A stretch of DNA of 64,000 nt from Candidatus Limnocylindrales bacterium (GTDB lineage: Bacteria > Chloroflexota > Limnocylindria > Limnocylindrales > CSP1-4): positions 1,107-65,106 of the forward strand of contig DATMJK010000061.1 in the NCBI GenBank assembly GCA_035553915.1, read 5' to 3'. A model generated the notes under the pieces. That model did no database searches, had not been told where the DNA came from, and was given only the letters and a program-made list of their open reading frames with translations. Positions 56,157 to 64,000 of the stretch are shown here, one piece after another. Positions within the stretch are counted from its first letter, which is position 1, and each line of letters starts with the position of its first letter. The translations under genes were made by a program, and so were the position numbers.

Positions 56157-57292
56157 GCGCCGGCGCGAACCGCTCCGGCGCGGGCCGGCAGCTCGACCGT
56201 GGTCAGCACCTGCCCGATGATCTCGACCGCCTCCTCGACCTCGGTCGGCTGGACAGCGCCCAGGTGTCCGATGCGCATGATCTGGCCGGTCAGCTTGCCC
56301 TGGCCGCCGGCGACGACGAGCCCGCGCTCGCGCAGCGCGGCGTTGAACGACGGCCAGGCCAGGCCCTCGGGCAGCCAAGCGGCGGTGACCGTGTCGGACG
56401 CATGCTCGGGCTCGGCGAGCAGCTTGAAGCCGAGCCTGCGCAGGCCGCTGCGCGCGGCTTCGCCGCATGCGGCGTGGCGGGCGAAGATGCGCGGGTAACC
56501 CTCGCGCTCGAGCAGCTCGAGCGCGACATCGAGCTGGAAGAGCACGCTGACCGCCGGCGTCCAGGGCGTCTCGCCCTTCTCGGCGTACCTGCGCGCCTCG
56601 GCCAGGTCGAAGTAGTAGCGCGCCATGGTCGCTTGCTGCTCAGCCGCGCGAGCCCGCTCGGAGGTGGCGATCATGGCCAGCCCGGGCGGCACCATCCACG
56701 ATTTCTGCGAGCCGGTAACCACCACGTCGAGGTCCCAGCCGTCAGTCTCGAAGGGCACTGCGCCGAGGCCGCTGATGGCGTCGACGATGATCAGCGTCTC
56801 GGGCGACGCCGCGCGCGCCGCCGCGGCCAGGCGCGCCAGCGGGTTGGTCACGCCGGTCGAGGTCTCGTTGTGAGTCAGCAGCACTGCTCGCGCAGCTGCG
56901 CCCTGCTCGGCCATCTCACCCAAGGCGGCCGCGACTGCCTCGGCTCCGGCGGCGCGGCCGGGCTCGACATCGAGCCGGCGCACGTCGGCGCCGTAGCGGC
57001 TGGCAATCGTGGCGAAGCGGTCCCCGAAGGCGCCGATGCTGACCGCCAGCACCGGGTCACCGGCGGACAGGTGATTGACCACCGCCGCCTCCATGCCGCC
57101 CGTCCCGGACGCGGTCAGGATGTGCATCTCGTTGCCCGTTGCGAAGGCCTGCTGCAGCCGGCCGGTGACGCGCGCGATGAGCTCGCGGAACTCGGGCCCG
57201 CGGTGGTTGATCATCTGGCGCGACCCGGCATCGCGGACCTGGTCGGGGAGGGGCGTAGGTCCGGGAATGCGAAGGTGGGTTCGATCGGTCAC
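56153..57292 (-). CDS. class V aminotransferase (AGXT/SerC-like; probable phosphoserine aminotransferase)
   Basis: GTG start 'MTDRTHLRIPGPTPLP' (class V 'IPGPT' motif). PLP lysine 'GSQKSWMVPPG'. The stop overlaps the serA start (GTGA). Confidence 0.85.
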   Translation of the reverse strand: MTDRTHLRIPGPTPLPDQVRDAGSRQMINHRGPEFRELIARVTGRLQQAFATGNEMHILTASGTGGMEAAVVNHLSAGDPVLAVSIGAFGDRFATIASRYGADVRRLDVEPGRAAGAEAVAAALGEMAEQGAAARAVLLTHNETSTGVTNPLARLAAAARAASPETLIIVDAISGLGAVPFETDGWDLDVVVTGSQKSWMVPPGLAMIATSERARAAEQQATMARYYFDLAEARRYAEKGETPWTPAVSVLFQLDVALELLEREGYPRIFARHAACGEAARSGLRRLGFKLLAEPEHASDTVTAAWLPEGLAWPSFNAALRERGLVVAGGQGKLTGQIMRIGHLGAVQPTEVEEAVEIIGQVLTTVELPARAGAVRAGA

Positions 57293-57376
57293 AGCGGCGA
57301 GCTCCCCTGGATGCGGACTGGCAGGCTGATGGTAGCCCGCCAGCCTTGCCGGCGGGCCGCCGGCCAGCCCACTTCG

Positions 57377-57979
57377 CTAGCGTGTCGCCATCCGCTTTGA
57401 GGACGACCGATGACTGATCTGCCCGCGCCCGGAGATTCCACCACCGCCAGCGATCTCAAGGAGGCCCAGCAGCGCGAACGCTGGCAGCTGCTGCGCAACC
57501 TGGACGCGCTGATGGAGGGACCGCTCGTCGCGCTTGCCTTCGCCTGGCTGGCCGTCCTGCTGCTCGAGCTCGTGGGCGGCACGGACGCGCGCCTCGACCT
57601 CGTGTTCTACGCCATAGATGCCGCCGGCCATGAAGGGGACGGTAAGTAGGACGTAGAGAACGCGGATCCCTTCACCGGAGTAGGCATCGAGTACGACGAC
57701 GCCAAAGTACGCTATGCCAGCCAGTACCCACGCTGCGCCAGCTATTTGCATGCGGCGCGACTCGCTCACCCGCCGACGGATCACCAAACCGACTAGGACC
57801 GCAACGCCGGCCAGGACCGCGACGAGGCCGATCACCGCCCATCGGCCCAGCTCCAAGCTCAGTGCTCCTTCCGCCACACGTGTCGCCCGCGTCAGCTCTG
57901 ACCAGGGAACCTCGGAGACGAGCAACCGCATCGGTATGTTAGGTCGTGAATCGGGAGCCAGTCTCGATATCGGTCCCAT
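57377..57979 (-). CDS. possible 3-TM membrane protein (uncertain; see findings)
   Basis: ATG at 57977-57979. Three clean TM helices ('WAVIGLVAVLAGVAVLVGLVI', 'IAGAAWVLAGIAYFGVVVL', 'IRVLYVLLTVPFMAGGIY'). The C-terminal ~75 aa overlap a plus-strand ORF (57410..57649) that has higher third-position GC. Lower-GC patch. Confidence 0.3.
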   Translation of the reverse strand: MGPISRLAPDSRPNIPMRLLVSEVPWSELTRATRVAEGALSLELGRWAVIGLVAVLAGVAVLVGLVIRRRVSESRRMQIAGAAWVLAGIAYFGVVVLDAYSGEGIRVLYVLLTVPFMAGGIYGVEHEVEARVRAAHELEQQDGQPGEGKRDERSLHQRVQVAQQLPAFALLGLLEIAGGGGISGRGQISHRSSSKRMATR

Positions 57980-58323
57980 GGTTTCGTGTCGCTGGTGCCT
58001 AGCTCGTCGGATACTTCGCAGCGCGTCATCTGGACACGATGCGCCAAGCGTTCGTGTGCTTGCCGCGGGCTTGGGGTTGGGCCGGAGTTGGGGCAGTTCA
58101 CCCCCGGTGAGATAACAACCACCGAACCAAGAGAGTGCGCTCAGCCGGCGCCGTTCGGTGGCCGTCCGCTCACCGCGCGCGAACAAGCGGCGATTGACGG
58201 CCCGATTCGAGCAGCAGCCAGGCCTGACCTTTGCCGTTAGGTCACCCCTGGTGAACAGCTCGACGACCAGCGTCTCGCAGCACACATCTGGAGTGAAGCT
58301 GGTAGGCGTCGCATACTCCGGCC

Positions 58324-59679
58324 ATGCCCGCCCGCCGGCCGAAGTTCGAAGCCAAGCCTCAGTCGAGCATCCTCAGCGCCGGAGATGGCAGCACCGCGCA
58401 CCAGCCTCTCGCGGCGCGCATGCGGCCGCGCTCGCTCGATGAGTTCGTCGGCCAGCAGCACCTGGTCGGCGAACGTGGTGCGCTGCGCCGGATGATCGAC
58501 GCCGGACACCTCGCCTCGATGGTCCTGTGGGGCCCGCCCGGCTCGGGCAAGACGACTCTCGCCCGGCTGCTCGCCGAGGCGATCGACGCGCCATTCGTCA
58601 CCCTGTCAGCTGTCGGCAGCGGCGTGGCCGACGTGCGCGCGCGGATGGCCGAGGCACGCGCCTGGATCGACCAGGGCGGCCGCTCGACGATCCTGTTCAT
58701 CGACGAGATCCACCGCTTCAACAAGGCTCAGCAGGATGCTCTCCTGCCGCAGGTCGAGGAGGGCACGATCACGCTCATCGGGGCGACGACCGAGAATCCG
58801 TACTTCGAGGTCAACTCGGCGCTGTTGAGCCGGCTGCGCGTGTTCCGATTGGAGGCGCTGTCCGAGGAGGACCTGGCGGCGGTAGTCGACCGCGCGCTGG
58901 CCGAGTCCGAGCGTGGCCTGGGCGGCGCGGTCAGCCTCGACGCTGACGCGCGCGCGCACCTGCTCGACATCAGCGGCGGAGATGCGCGGGCGGCGCTCAA
59001 CATCCTCGAGGCGGCGGCGGCGATGAGCGAGGCGCCGAGCCTGGAAGAGGTCGAGGCCGCGGCGCAGCAGCGCGTCCTCGCCTACGACCGCGCCGGTGAC
59101 GGGCACTACGACACGGTCAGCGCGTTCATCAAGAGCTTGCGCGGCAACGACCCGGACGCGGCGCTGTACTGGCTGGCAACGATGATCGCCGCCGGCGAGG
59201 ACCCGCGCTTCATCTGCCGACGGCTGATCATCAGTGCCTCGGAGGACGTGGGCAACGCCGATCCGCGCGCGCTCCAGGTGGCCGTCGCCGCGGCCCAGGC
59301 GCTGGAATGGGTCGGGCTGCCCGAGGCGCAATATGCGCTGGCCCAGGCGACGATCTTCGTCGCTGCCGCGCCGAAGTCGGACCGCTCGGGCGCGGCCTAC
59401 TGGGCAGCGGTCGAGGACCTGGAGCGCCACGGCTCGCTGCCCGTGCCCGGCCACCTGCGCACGGCCGGCTGGCGCGAGAAGCGCGATTTCGGCCACGGCA
59501 AGGGCTACCGCAACCCGCACGATCACGCCGGCCACGACATCGAGCAGCAGTACCTGCCGGACAAGCTCGCCGGCCGGCGCTACTACGAGCCGGCGGATGA
59601 GGGCTATGAGAAGCTGATCGCCGAGCGAATGGCAGCCCGGAACGAAACCCGCGCGCGAGGAAGCCGCTCGAGCGGCTAG
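58324..59679 (+). CDS. rarA: replication-associated recombination protein A (MgsA/WRNIP AAA+ ATPase)
   Basis: 'QPLAARMRPRSLDEFVGQQHLVGE'. Walker A 'GPPGSGKTTLA'. 'ILFIDEIHRFNKAQQDALLP'. C-terminal MgsA_C 'AGEDPRFICRRLIISASEDVGNADP'. Confidence 0.9.
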   Translation: MPARRPKFEAKPQSSILSAGDGSTAHQPLAARMRPRSLDEFVGQQHLVGERGALRRMIDAGHLASMVLWGPPGSGKTTLARLLAEAIDAPFVTLSAVGSGVADVRARMAEARAWIDQGGRSTILFIDEIHRFNKAQQDALLPQVEEGTITLIGATTENPYFEVNSALLSRLRVFRLEALSEEDLAAVVDRALAESERGLGGAVSLDADARAHLLDISGGDARAALNILEAAAAMSEAPSLEEVEAAAQQRVLAYDRAGDGHYDTVSAFIKSLRGNDPDAALYWLATMIAAGEDPRFICRRLIISASEDVGNADPRALQVAVAAAQALEWVGLPEAQYALAQATIFVAAAPKSDRSGAAYWAAVEDLERHGSLPVPGHLRTAGWREKRDFGHGKGYRNPHDHAGHDIEQQYLPDKLAGRRYYEPADEGYEKLIAERMAARNETRARGSRSSG

Positions 59680-60074
59680 TAGAAGTCGAGCGGGATGATC
59701 TGCAGGACGACGATCAGCAGCCAGGCGGCGATCATCAGCCCGACCAGCACGGTCGAGACGATCGCGATCCGGCGCAGGTCCTGGCCGACGTAGACGTACT
59801 CGGTCGCGGCGCGGGCCGCGAGCACGCTGCCAGGCTTGGCCCGGACGCGGTGCTGGGCTGATCGGACTGGCTCGCGGTGCTCGACCACGGCCTGCTGCTC
59901 GACTGCCGCCTCGGCCAGCTGCGGCGCGACCTCGAGCGGCGCCGGACGCTCGGGCGGGACCTCCACCGGCGGTGTGGCGGCGCGGGCCGGCCGGGCGCCA
60001 GCGGGGCGGCTGCTCGGCGGGCGGGCGCCGGGTCGGCGGTGGGCGCGGGCGGACCCGCGCATGCGCTTGCTCAT
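59676..60074 (-). CDS. hypothetical tail-anchored membrane protein (Arg/Pro/Ala-rich N-terminus, C-terminal TM)
   Basis: 132 aa with high third-position GC. C-terminal 'IAIVSTVLVGLMIAAWLLIVVLQIIPLDFY'. Convergent with rarA (4-nt overlap). Confidence 0.45.
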   Translation of the reverse strand: MSKRMRGSARAHRRPGARPPSSRPAGARPARAATPPVEVPPERPAPLEVAPQLAEAAVEQQAVVEHREPVRSAQHRVRAKPGSVLAARAATEYVYVGQDLRRIAIVSTVLVGLMIAAWLLIVVLQIIPLDFY

Positions 60075-60135
60075 CGGGCCGCAGTCTAGCAGTCACCTTA
60101 GAATGCCTTGGCGCCAACCAGCCGCAGGAGAACCG

Positions 60136-60591
60136 ATGCCACAGGATCTCGTCGCCATCCTCGCCGTCAGCGCCCTCGGCCTGTCCGCGCTCGCGCTGCT
60201 CATGACGGTTGTGCTGTTGATGCGCATTCGGCGAGTTGGCAGGAGCGGCGCCGGCGTCTCGGGCGCATCGGACCTGTCGCTGGAGGCGACGGTCGTCGCC
60301 GAGCTCGAGCGGATCGCCTCGCTGGAGTCACGCCTCGCGGCGCTCGATGATCGGGCACGCGGCGCCGTCCAGCGGGTCGGCGTAGTCCGGTACAACCCGT
60401 TCGAGGACACCGGCTCGAACCAGAGCTTCGCCCTGGCGATGCTCGACGACCGGGCCAACGGCGTCGTCATCTCCAGCCTGCACTCGCGCCAGTCGACGCG
60501 CATCTACCTCAAGCCGATCAGCGCCGGCCGCAGCGAGACGGCGCTGTCTGACGAGGAGGCCGAGGCACTTCGTCGCGCCGGCACAGGCTGA
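60136..60591 (+). CDS. DUF4446 family protein
   Basis: ATG 60136 with AGGAG 5 nt upstream. N-terminal TM. 'RYNPFEDTGSNQSFALAMLDDRANGVVISSLHSRQSTRIYLKPI' is the DUF4446 core. Confidence 0.75.
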   Translation: MPQDLVAILAVSALGLSALALLMTVVLLMRIRRVGRSGAGVSGASDLSLEATVVAELERIASLESRLAALDDRARGAVQRVGVVRYNPFEDTGSNQSFALAMLDDRANGVVISSLHSRQSTRIYLKPISAGRSETALSDEEAEALRRAGTG

Positions 60592-60654
60592 GCTGCGACC
60601 TTCTCACCGAGCCGTGCCACTGAAGCTGGCACGCATAGGGGCGACCGTTGCGCC

Positions 60655-63642
60655 ATGGATCGCCCGACCGTCCGGCTTGATGCCCCGCTCAGGCCAGTTG
60701 CCACCACCGCCGAGCCGCCGGTTTCACTGCCCGTGGTCGGTGCCCTGCTGCGCGGGCTCAACCGTGAGCAGCGGCGTGCGGTAACGCACCGTGAGGGCCC
60801 GCAGGTCGTCATCGCCGGCCCGGGCACGGGCAAGACAGAGGTCGTCACCCGGCGCGTCGCCTGGCTGATCGAGACTCGTCGCGCGCGGCCGCGCGAGATC
60901 CTGGCGCTGACGTTCACTGATGCGGCCGCGGAGGAGATGCAGGCCCGCGTCGACGAGCTGGTGCCGTACGGGCGTGCGGACGCCGCGATTCACACCTTCC
61001 ACGCCCTCGGCGATCGGCTGCTGCGCGAGCACGCGTTCGAGCTCGGCCTGCCCGGCGATGTGCGACTGCTCAGCCGGAGCGAGGCGATTCTGCTGCTGCG
61101 TGAGCACACCTTCGAGCTGGGCCTCGAGCGGTACATGCCACTGGGTGACCCGACCCGCTTCCTCGCGGCACTTGTCGACCTGTTCATGCGCGCCAAGGAC
61201 GAGGGCATCACGCCAGAGGCATACCTCGCGCACGCGCGCGAGCTCGGGCGGCGCGCGACTGCCGATGCCACTGACTCAGAGCTGCTGGCAGATCTTGCCA
61301 GCGCACGGGCAGAGGTCGCGACCGCGTTCGCGGCCTACCAGCGGCTGATGTCGGCGCGTGGCCTGATCGACCACGGCGACCAGATCGGCCTGGCTCTGCG
61401 GCTGCTGCGCGAGCGGCCGGCCGTGCGCGAGCAGGTCGTCGGTCGGTATCGCTACTTCCTCGTCGACGAGTTCCAGGACACCAATCCGGCGCAGCTGGAG
61501 CTGGTCTTCGCGCTCACCGGCCCGAGCGGCAACGTTACCGTCGTGGGTGACCCGGACCAGGCGATCTACACTTTCCGCGGGGCGGCGGTGAGCAACATCC
61601 GGCGTTTCGTGGCTGCGCACCGGGACGTGCGCTGCGTCGTGCTGCGACGCAACTATCGTTCCCGGCAGCCTGTGCTGGCGGCGGCGCAACGGCTGATCGA
61701 GCACAACGGCCCCGCGCGGTTGCCGCTCGAGGCCACCATCGTGGGCCCCATTGCCAACCGCCGATCCCGGAGCGCCGCGCCAGTCCGGCGGATGAGCTTC
61801 GCCTCGCCGGAAGACGAGGCAGACGGCGTCGCAGCGCGTATCGCGGCGCGGGTCGCCGCCGGCGAGCGGCCGCGCGAATTCGCCGTCCTGGTCCGGACGA
61901 ACGGCGAGACAGGGCAGATGCTGCGCAGCCTGCACGCGCTCGGCGTACCGGCCCGCGGTGCGTCGCCCAGCCGGTTGCTCGACCAGCCTGACGTTCGCGC
62001 GCTGCTGGCCTACCTGCGCGTGATCGCAGACCCCGACGACAGCCCGGAGCTCTACCTGGTTGCCACGGGCGAGCCATATCGTGCCGCGCAGGCGGATCTG
62101 GCCATCCTCGGACGGCAGGCCCGCCGACGGCAGCAGAGCCTGTGGCAGGCGATGGTCGATGTGGTGGAGCAGCGGCTGCCGGACAGGCTGTCGGCTGACG
62201 GGCAGCGCTCAATCGAGCGGCTGGTCGCGGACGTGCGCCACGGGCTAGCCCAAGCCGGCCAGCGGACCAGCGGTGAGGTGCTGTACGACCACATGCGGCG
62301 CAGCGGCCAGCTGGCCCGCCTCGCCGCTGCCGACCAGCAGGGTCGTGGCGCCATCGTGCTGCGCAGCGTGGCCCGCTTCTTCCAGCTGGTGCGCAGCCGA
62401 GCGAGCCTCCTCTCGGAGGATCGGGTGGCGCTTCTGGTGCCGCACCTGGCGATTCTTGCCGAAGCCGGCGCCGACGAGCGCGATGCCGGGCCGCTCGATG
62501 ACGACGTCGTGTCGGTGTTGACGGTCCATCGGGCAAAGGGCCTGGAGTTCCGCGTCGTCTACCTGTGCGGGCTCGTCGAAGGCCGATTCCCGGCGCATGG
62601 CCGGCCGCCCGTCCTGACCCTGCCGCAGGAGCTGCTCGCGCTACGCGATGGCATTGACGACGAGGATTCGCTGGCCGAGGAGCGTCGGCTGGCCTACGTG
62701 GCCATGACCCGCGCCCGCGACGAGCTGTGGCTCAGCCACCATCTGGCTGGACCGGCAGGCCGCGGACGCCGCCGATCGTCACCCTTCCTGGCCGAGGCGA
62801 TCGATGCGCCGTCAGCGGCAGCTGAGGCTGCCGCTGACGTCCTGGCAGGCATCGTCCCGGCACCTCTACCGGCTACGTCGCGACCCCCCCCGCCGCCAGC
62901 CGCGGACCAGCCGCTAGCCTTGAGCTACTCGCAGCTGGACGACTATCTTTCGTGCCCCGAGCGCTACCGGCTGCGCTACGTCGTCGGCGTGCCGACACCA
63001 GCTCACCACGCGCTGGCCTACGGCAGCGCGATGCACCACGCGGTGGCCGCCTTCCACCTGCGTCGGGCCGCCGGCGTGGCGATGAGCGAGGAGGAGCTGC
63101 TGACAGCCTTCCGGCGCGCCTGGTCACCAGAGGGCTACCTGTCACGTGAGCACGAGGAGGCGCGCTTCGCCGCCGGCTGCGCTGCGCTGCGCCGCTTCCG
63201 CGCCCAGCAGCTGGCGAGCGAGCCCACGACGGTCGCCATCGAGCGGCCCTTCAGCTTCGCCATCGGCCGGGATGTCGTGCGCGGCCGCATGGACCGCGTC
63301 GACCGGACTGATCAGGGCACGGTGATCGTCGACTACAAGTCGTCGGACGTGCCGGAGCAAGCAAAGGCGGATGCGCGCGCCCGTGACTCGCTCCAGCTGC
63401 AGATCTACGCGCTGGCCCACCAGGCCGAGACCGGCGAGCTGCCGAAAGAGGTCCAGCTGCACTTCCTCGACAGTGCGACAGTCGGTCACGCGTCGCCGGA
63501 CGCGGCGCGACTGGCCAAGGCGCGCGACAAGATTGCAGCCGCCGCCAGCGGCATCCGTAGTGGCGCGTTCGGCGCCAAGCCGAACCCGGTCGCCTGCGGC
63601 TATTGCCCGTTCCGAGACATCTGTGCCTCGAGCGCCGCCTGA
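60655..63642 (+). CDS. UvrD/PcrA-family ATP-dependent helicase fused to a C-terminal Fe-S PD-(D/E)XK (RecB/AddB-type) nuclease domain
   Basis: Helicase motif I 'VIAGPGTGKTEV', motif II 'YFLVDEFQDTNPAQ', 'TVHRAKGLEF'. C-terminal 'LSYSQLDDYLSCPERYRLRYV', 'VIVDYKSSD' (RecB motif III) and 'ACGYCPFRDIC' give four Cys for an Fe-S cluster. 995 aa. Confidence 0.85.
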   Translation: MDRPTVRLDAPLRPVATTAEPPVSLPVVGALLRGLNREQRRAVTHREGPQVVIAGPGTGKTEVVTRRVAWLIETRRARPREILALTFTDAAAEEMQARVDELVPYGRADAAIHTFHALGDRLLREHAFELGLPGDVRLLSRSEAILLLREHTFELGLERYMPLGDPTRFLAALVDLFMRAKDEGITPEAYLAHARELGRRATADATDSELLADLASARAEVATAFAAYQRLMSARGLIDHGDQIGLALRLLRERPAVREQVVGRYRYFLVDEFQDTNPAQLELVFALTGPSGNVTVVGDPDQAIYTFRGAAVSNIRRFVAAHRDVRCVVLRRNYRSRQPVLAAAQRLIEHNGPARLPLEATIVGPIANRRSRSAAPVRRMSFASPEDEADGVAARIAARVAAGERPREFAVLVRTNGETGQMLRSLHALGVPARGASPSRLLDQPDVRALLAYLRVIADPDDSPELYLVATGEPYRAAQADLAILGRQARRRQQSLWQAMVDVVEQRLPDRLSADGQRSIERLVADVRHGLAQAGQRTSGEVLYDHMRRSGQLARLAAADQQGRGAIVLRSVARFFQLVRSRASLLSEDRVALLVPHLAILAEAGADERDAGPLDDDVVSVLTVHRAKGLEFRVVYLCGLVEGRFPAHGRPPVLTLPQELLALRDGIDDEDSLAEERRLAYVAMTRARDELWLSHHLAGPAGRGRRRSSPFLAEAIDAPSAAAEAAADVLAGIVPAPLPATSRPPPPPAADQPLALSYSQLDDYLSCPERYRLRYVVGVPTPAHHALAYGSAMHHAVAAFHLRRAAGVAMSEEELLTAFRRAWSPEGYLSREHEEARFAAGCAALRRFRAQQLASEPTTVAIERPFSFAIGRDVVRGRMDRVDRTDQGTVIVDYKSSDVPEQAKADARARDSLQLQIYALAHQAETGELPKEVQLHFLDSATVGHASPDAARLAKARDKIAAAASGIRSGAFGAKPNPVACGYCPFRDICASSAA

Positions 63643-63663
63643 GCGGCCGGCGCGCAGCTCTGG

Positions 63664-64000
63664 CTAGCCGGCGACTGCCGAAGGCTCGTCGCGTCGCAGC
63701 AGGATGCCCAGGTAAGCCTTCCACGGTCCAACATCGGCGTCGTGGCTGGCGGCTATGGCAGCGAACACCTGCCCGAGATGGTCAAGGTCGTGCACCGCCC
63801 AGGTGGCGAGCAGGTTGTGCAACGTCACCTCGCCCAGTGACGGATGGAGGCCGCGCCGCCCCAGGTCAGAGTCGACGACCAGGGCATCGAAGCGGGCAAG
63901 GTTGGCCGCGCGCAGCTCTGAGAAGCGGTCGATCAGCTCATCCAAGGAGGTCTCGGCGTCGCGCTGCTCGTGAGCGAAGCGGTCGAAGCGATCGAAGGGC
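63664..64000 (-). CDS. DinB/YfiT-like (DinB_2) family protein, partial; N-terminus beyond window end
   Basis: 'HDLDHLGQ' His-rich motif of the DinB_2 four-helix bundle. The frame is open to the window edge. Confidence 0.55.
   Translation of the reverse strand, partial: PFDRFDRFAHEQRDAETSLDELIDRFSELRAANLARFDALVVDSDLGRRGLHPSLGEVTLHNLLATWAVHDLDHLGQVFAAIAASHDADVGPWKAYLGILLRRDEPSAVAG

Overview
This is a ~64 kb, very GC-rich window (roughly 70% by eye, not computed) that looks like conserved chromosomal backbone from a high-GC Gram-positive-type bacterium. Gene content points to Actinobacteria or possibly Chloroflexi; the evidence is listed in the findings rather than repeated here. I found no CRISPR array, no rRNA, no transposase or integrase, and no obviously novel multi-gene system; the candidates for one are ranked in the findings.

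Two things affect reading accuracy. At this GC content most long six-frame ORFs are antisense artefacts, so I accepted ORFs only when they showed recognisable protein motifs, high third-position GC, or good start/RBS context. Coordinates derived from ORF frame arithmetic are reliable; coordinates for non-ORF elements (tRNA, CIRCE, hairpins, repeats) were read directly from the text and may be off by 1-2 nt.

Recognisable genes and elements, in order:
- a partial M20 peptidase
- ggt
- metH
- an HTH-XRE protein with a nuclease-like C-terminus
- two MBL-fold hydrolases flanking a DUF385 (F420-type) nitroreductase-family gene
- a lipoprotein
- an ABC-2 exporter pair
- a Wzx-like flippase
- a ChlI-like AAA+ / ChlD-like vWA pair
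- a class II aldolase
- a CGNR zinc-finger regulator translationally coupled to Mrp/ApbC
- cinA
- a CIRCE-controlled standalone groEL
- a Holin-X/DUF3618 pair next to tRNA-Leu(UAG)
- tig-clpP-clpX
- a DUF4242 gene
- a LAL-type LuxR regulator coupled to an LLM-class F420-dependent oxidoreductase
- a dienelactone hydrolase
- a T-box leader in front of valS
- a zinc-ribbon-rich cluster
- FhaA-FhaB-RodA-PBP2
- MoxR-DUF58-transglutaminase
- a serC-like/serA/histidine-phosphatase operon
- rarA
- DUF4446
- a UvrD-helicase/Fe-S PD-(D/E)XK nuclease fusion
- a partial DinB-family gene
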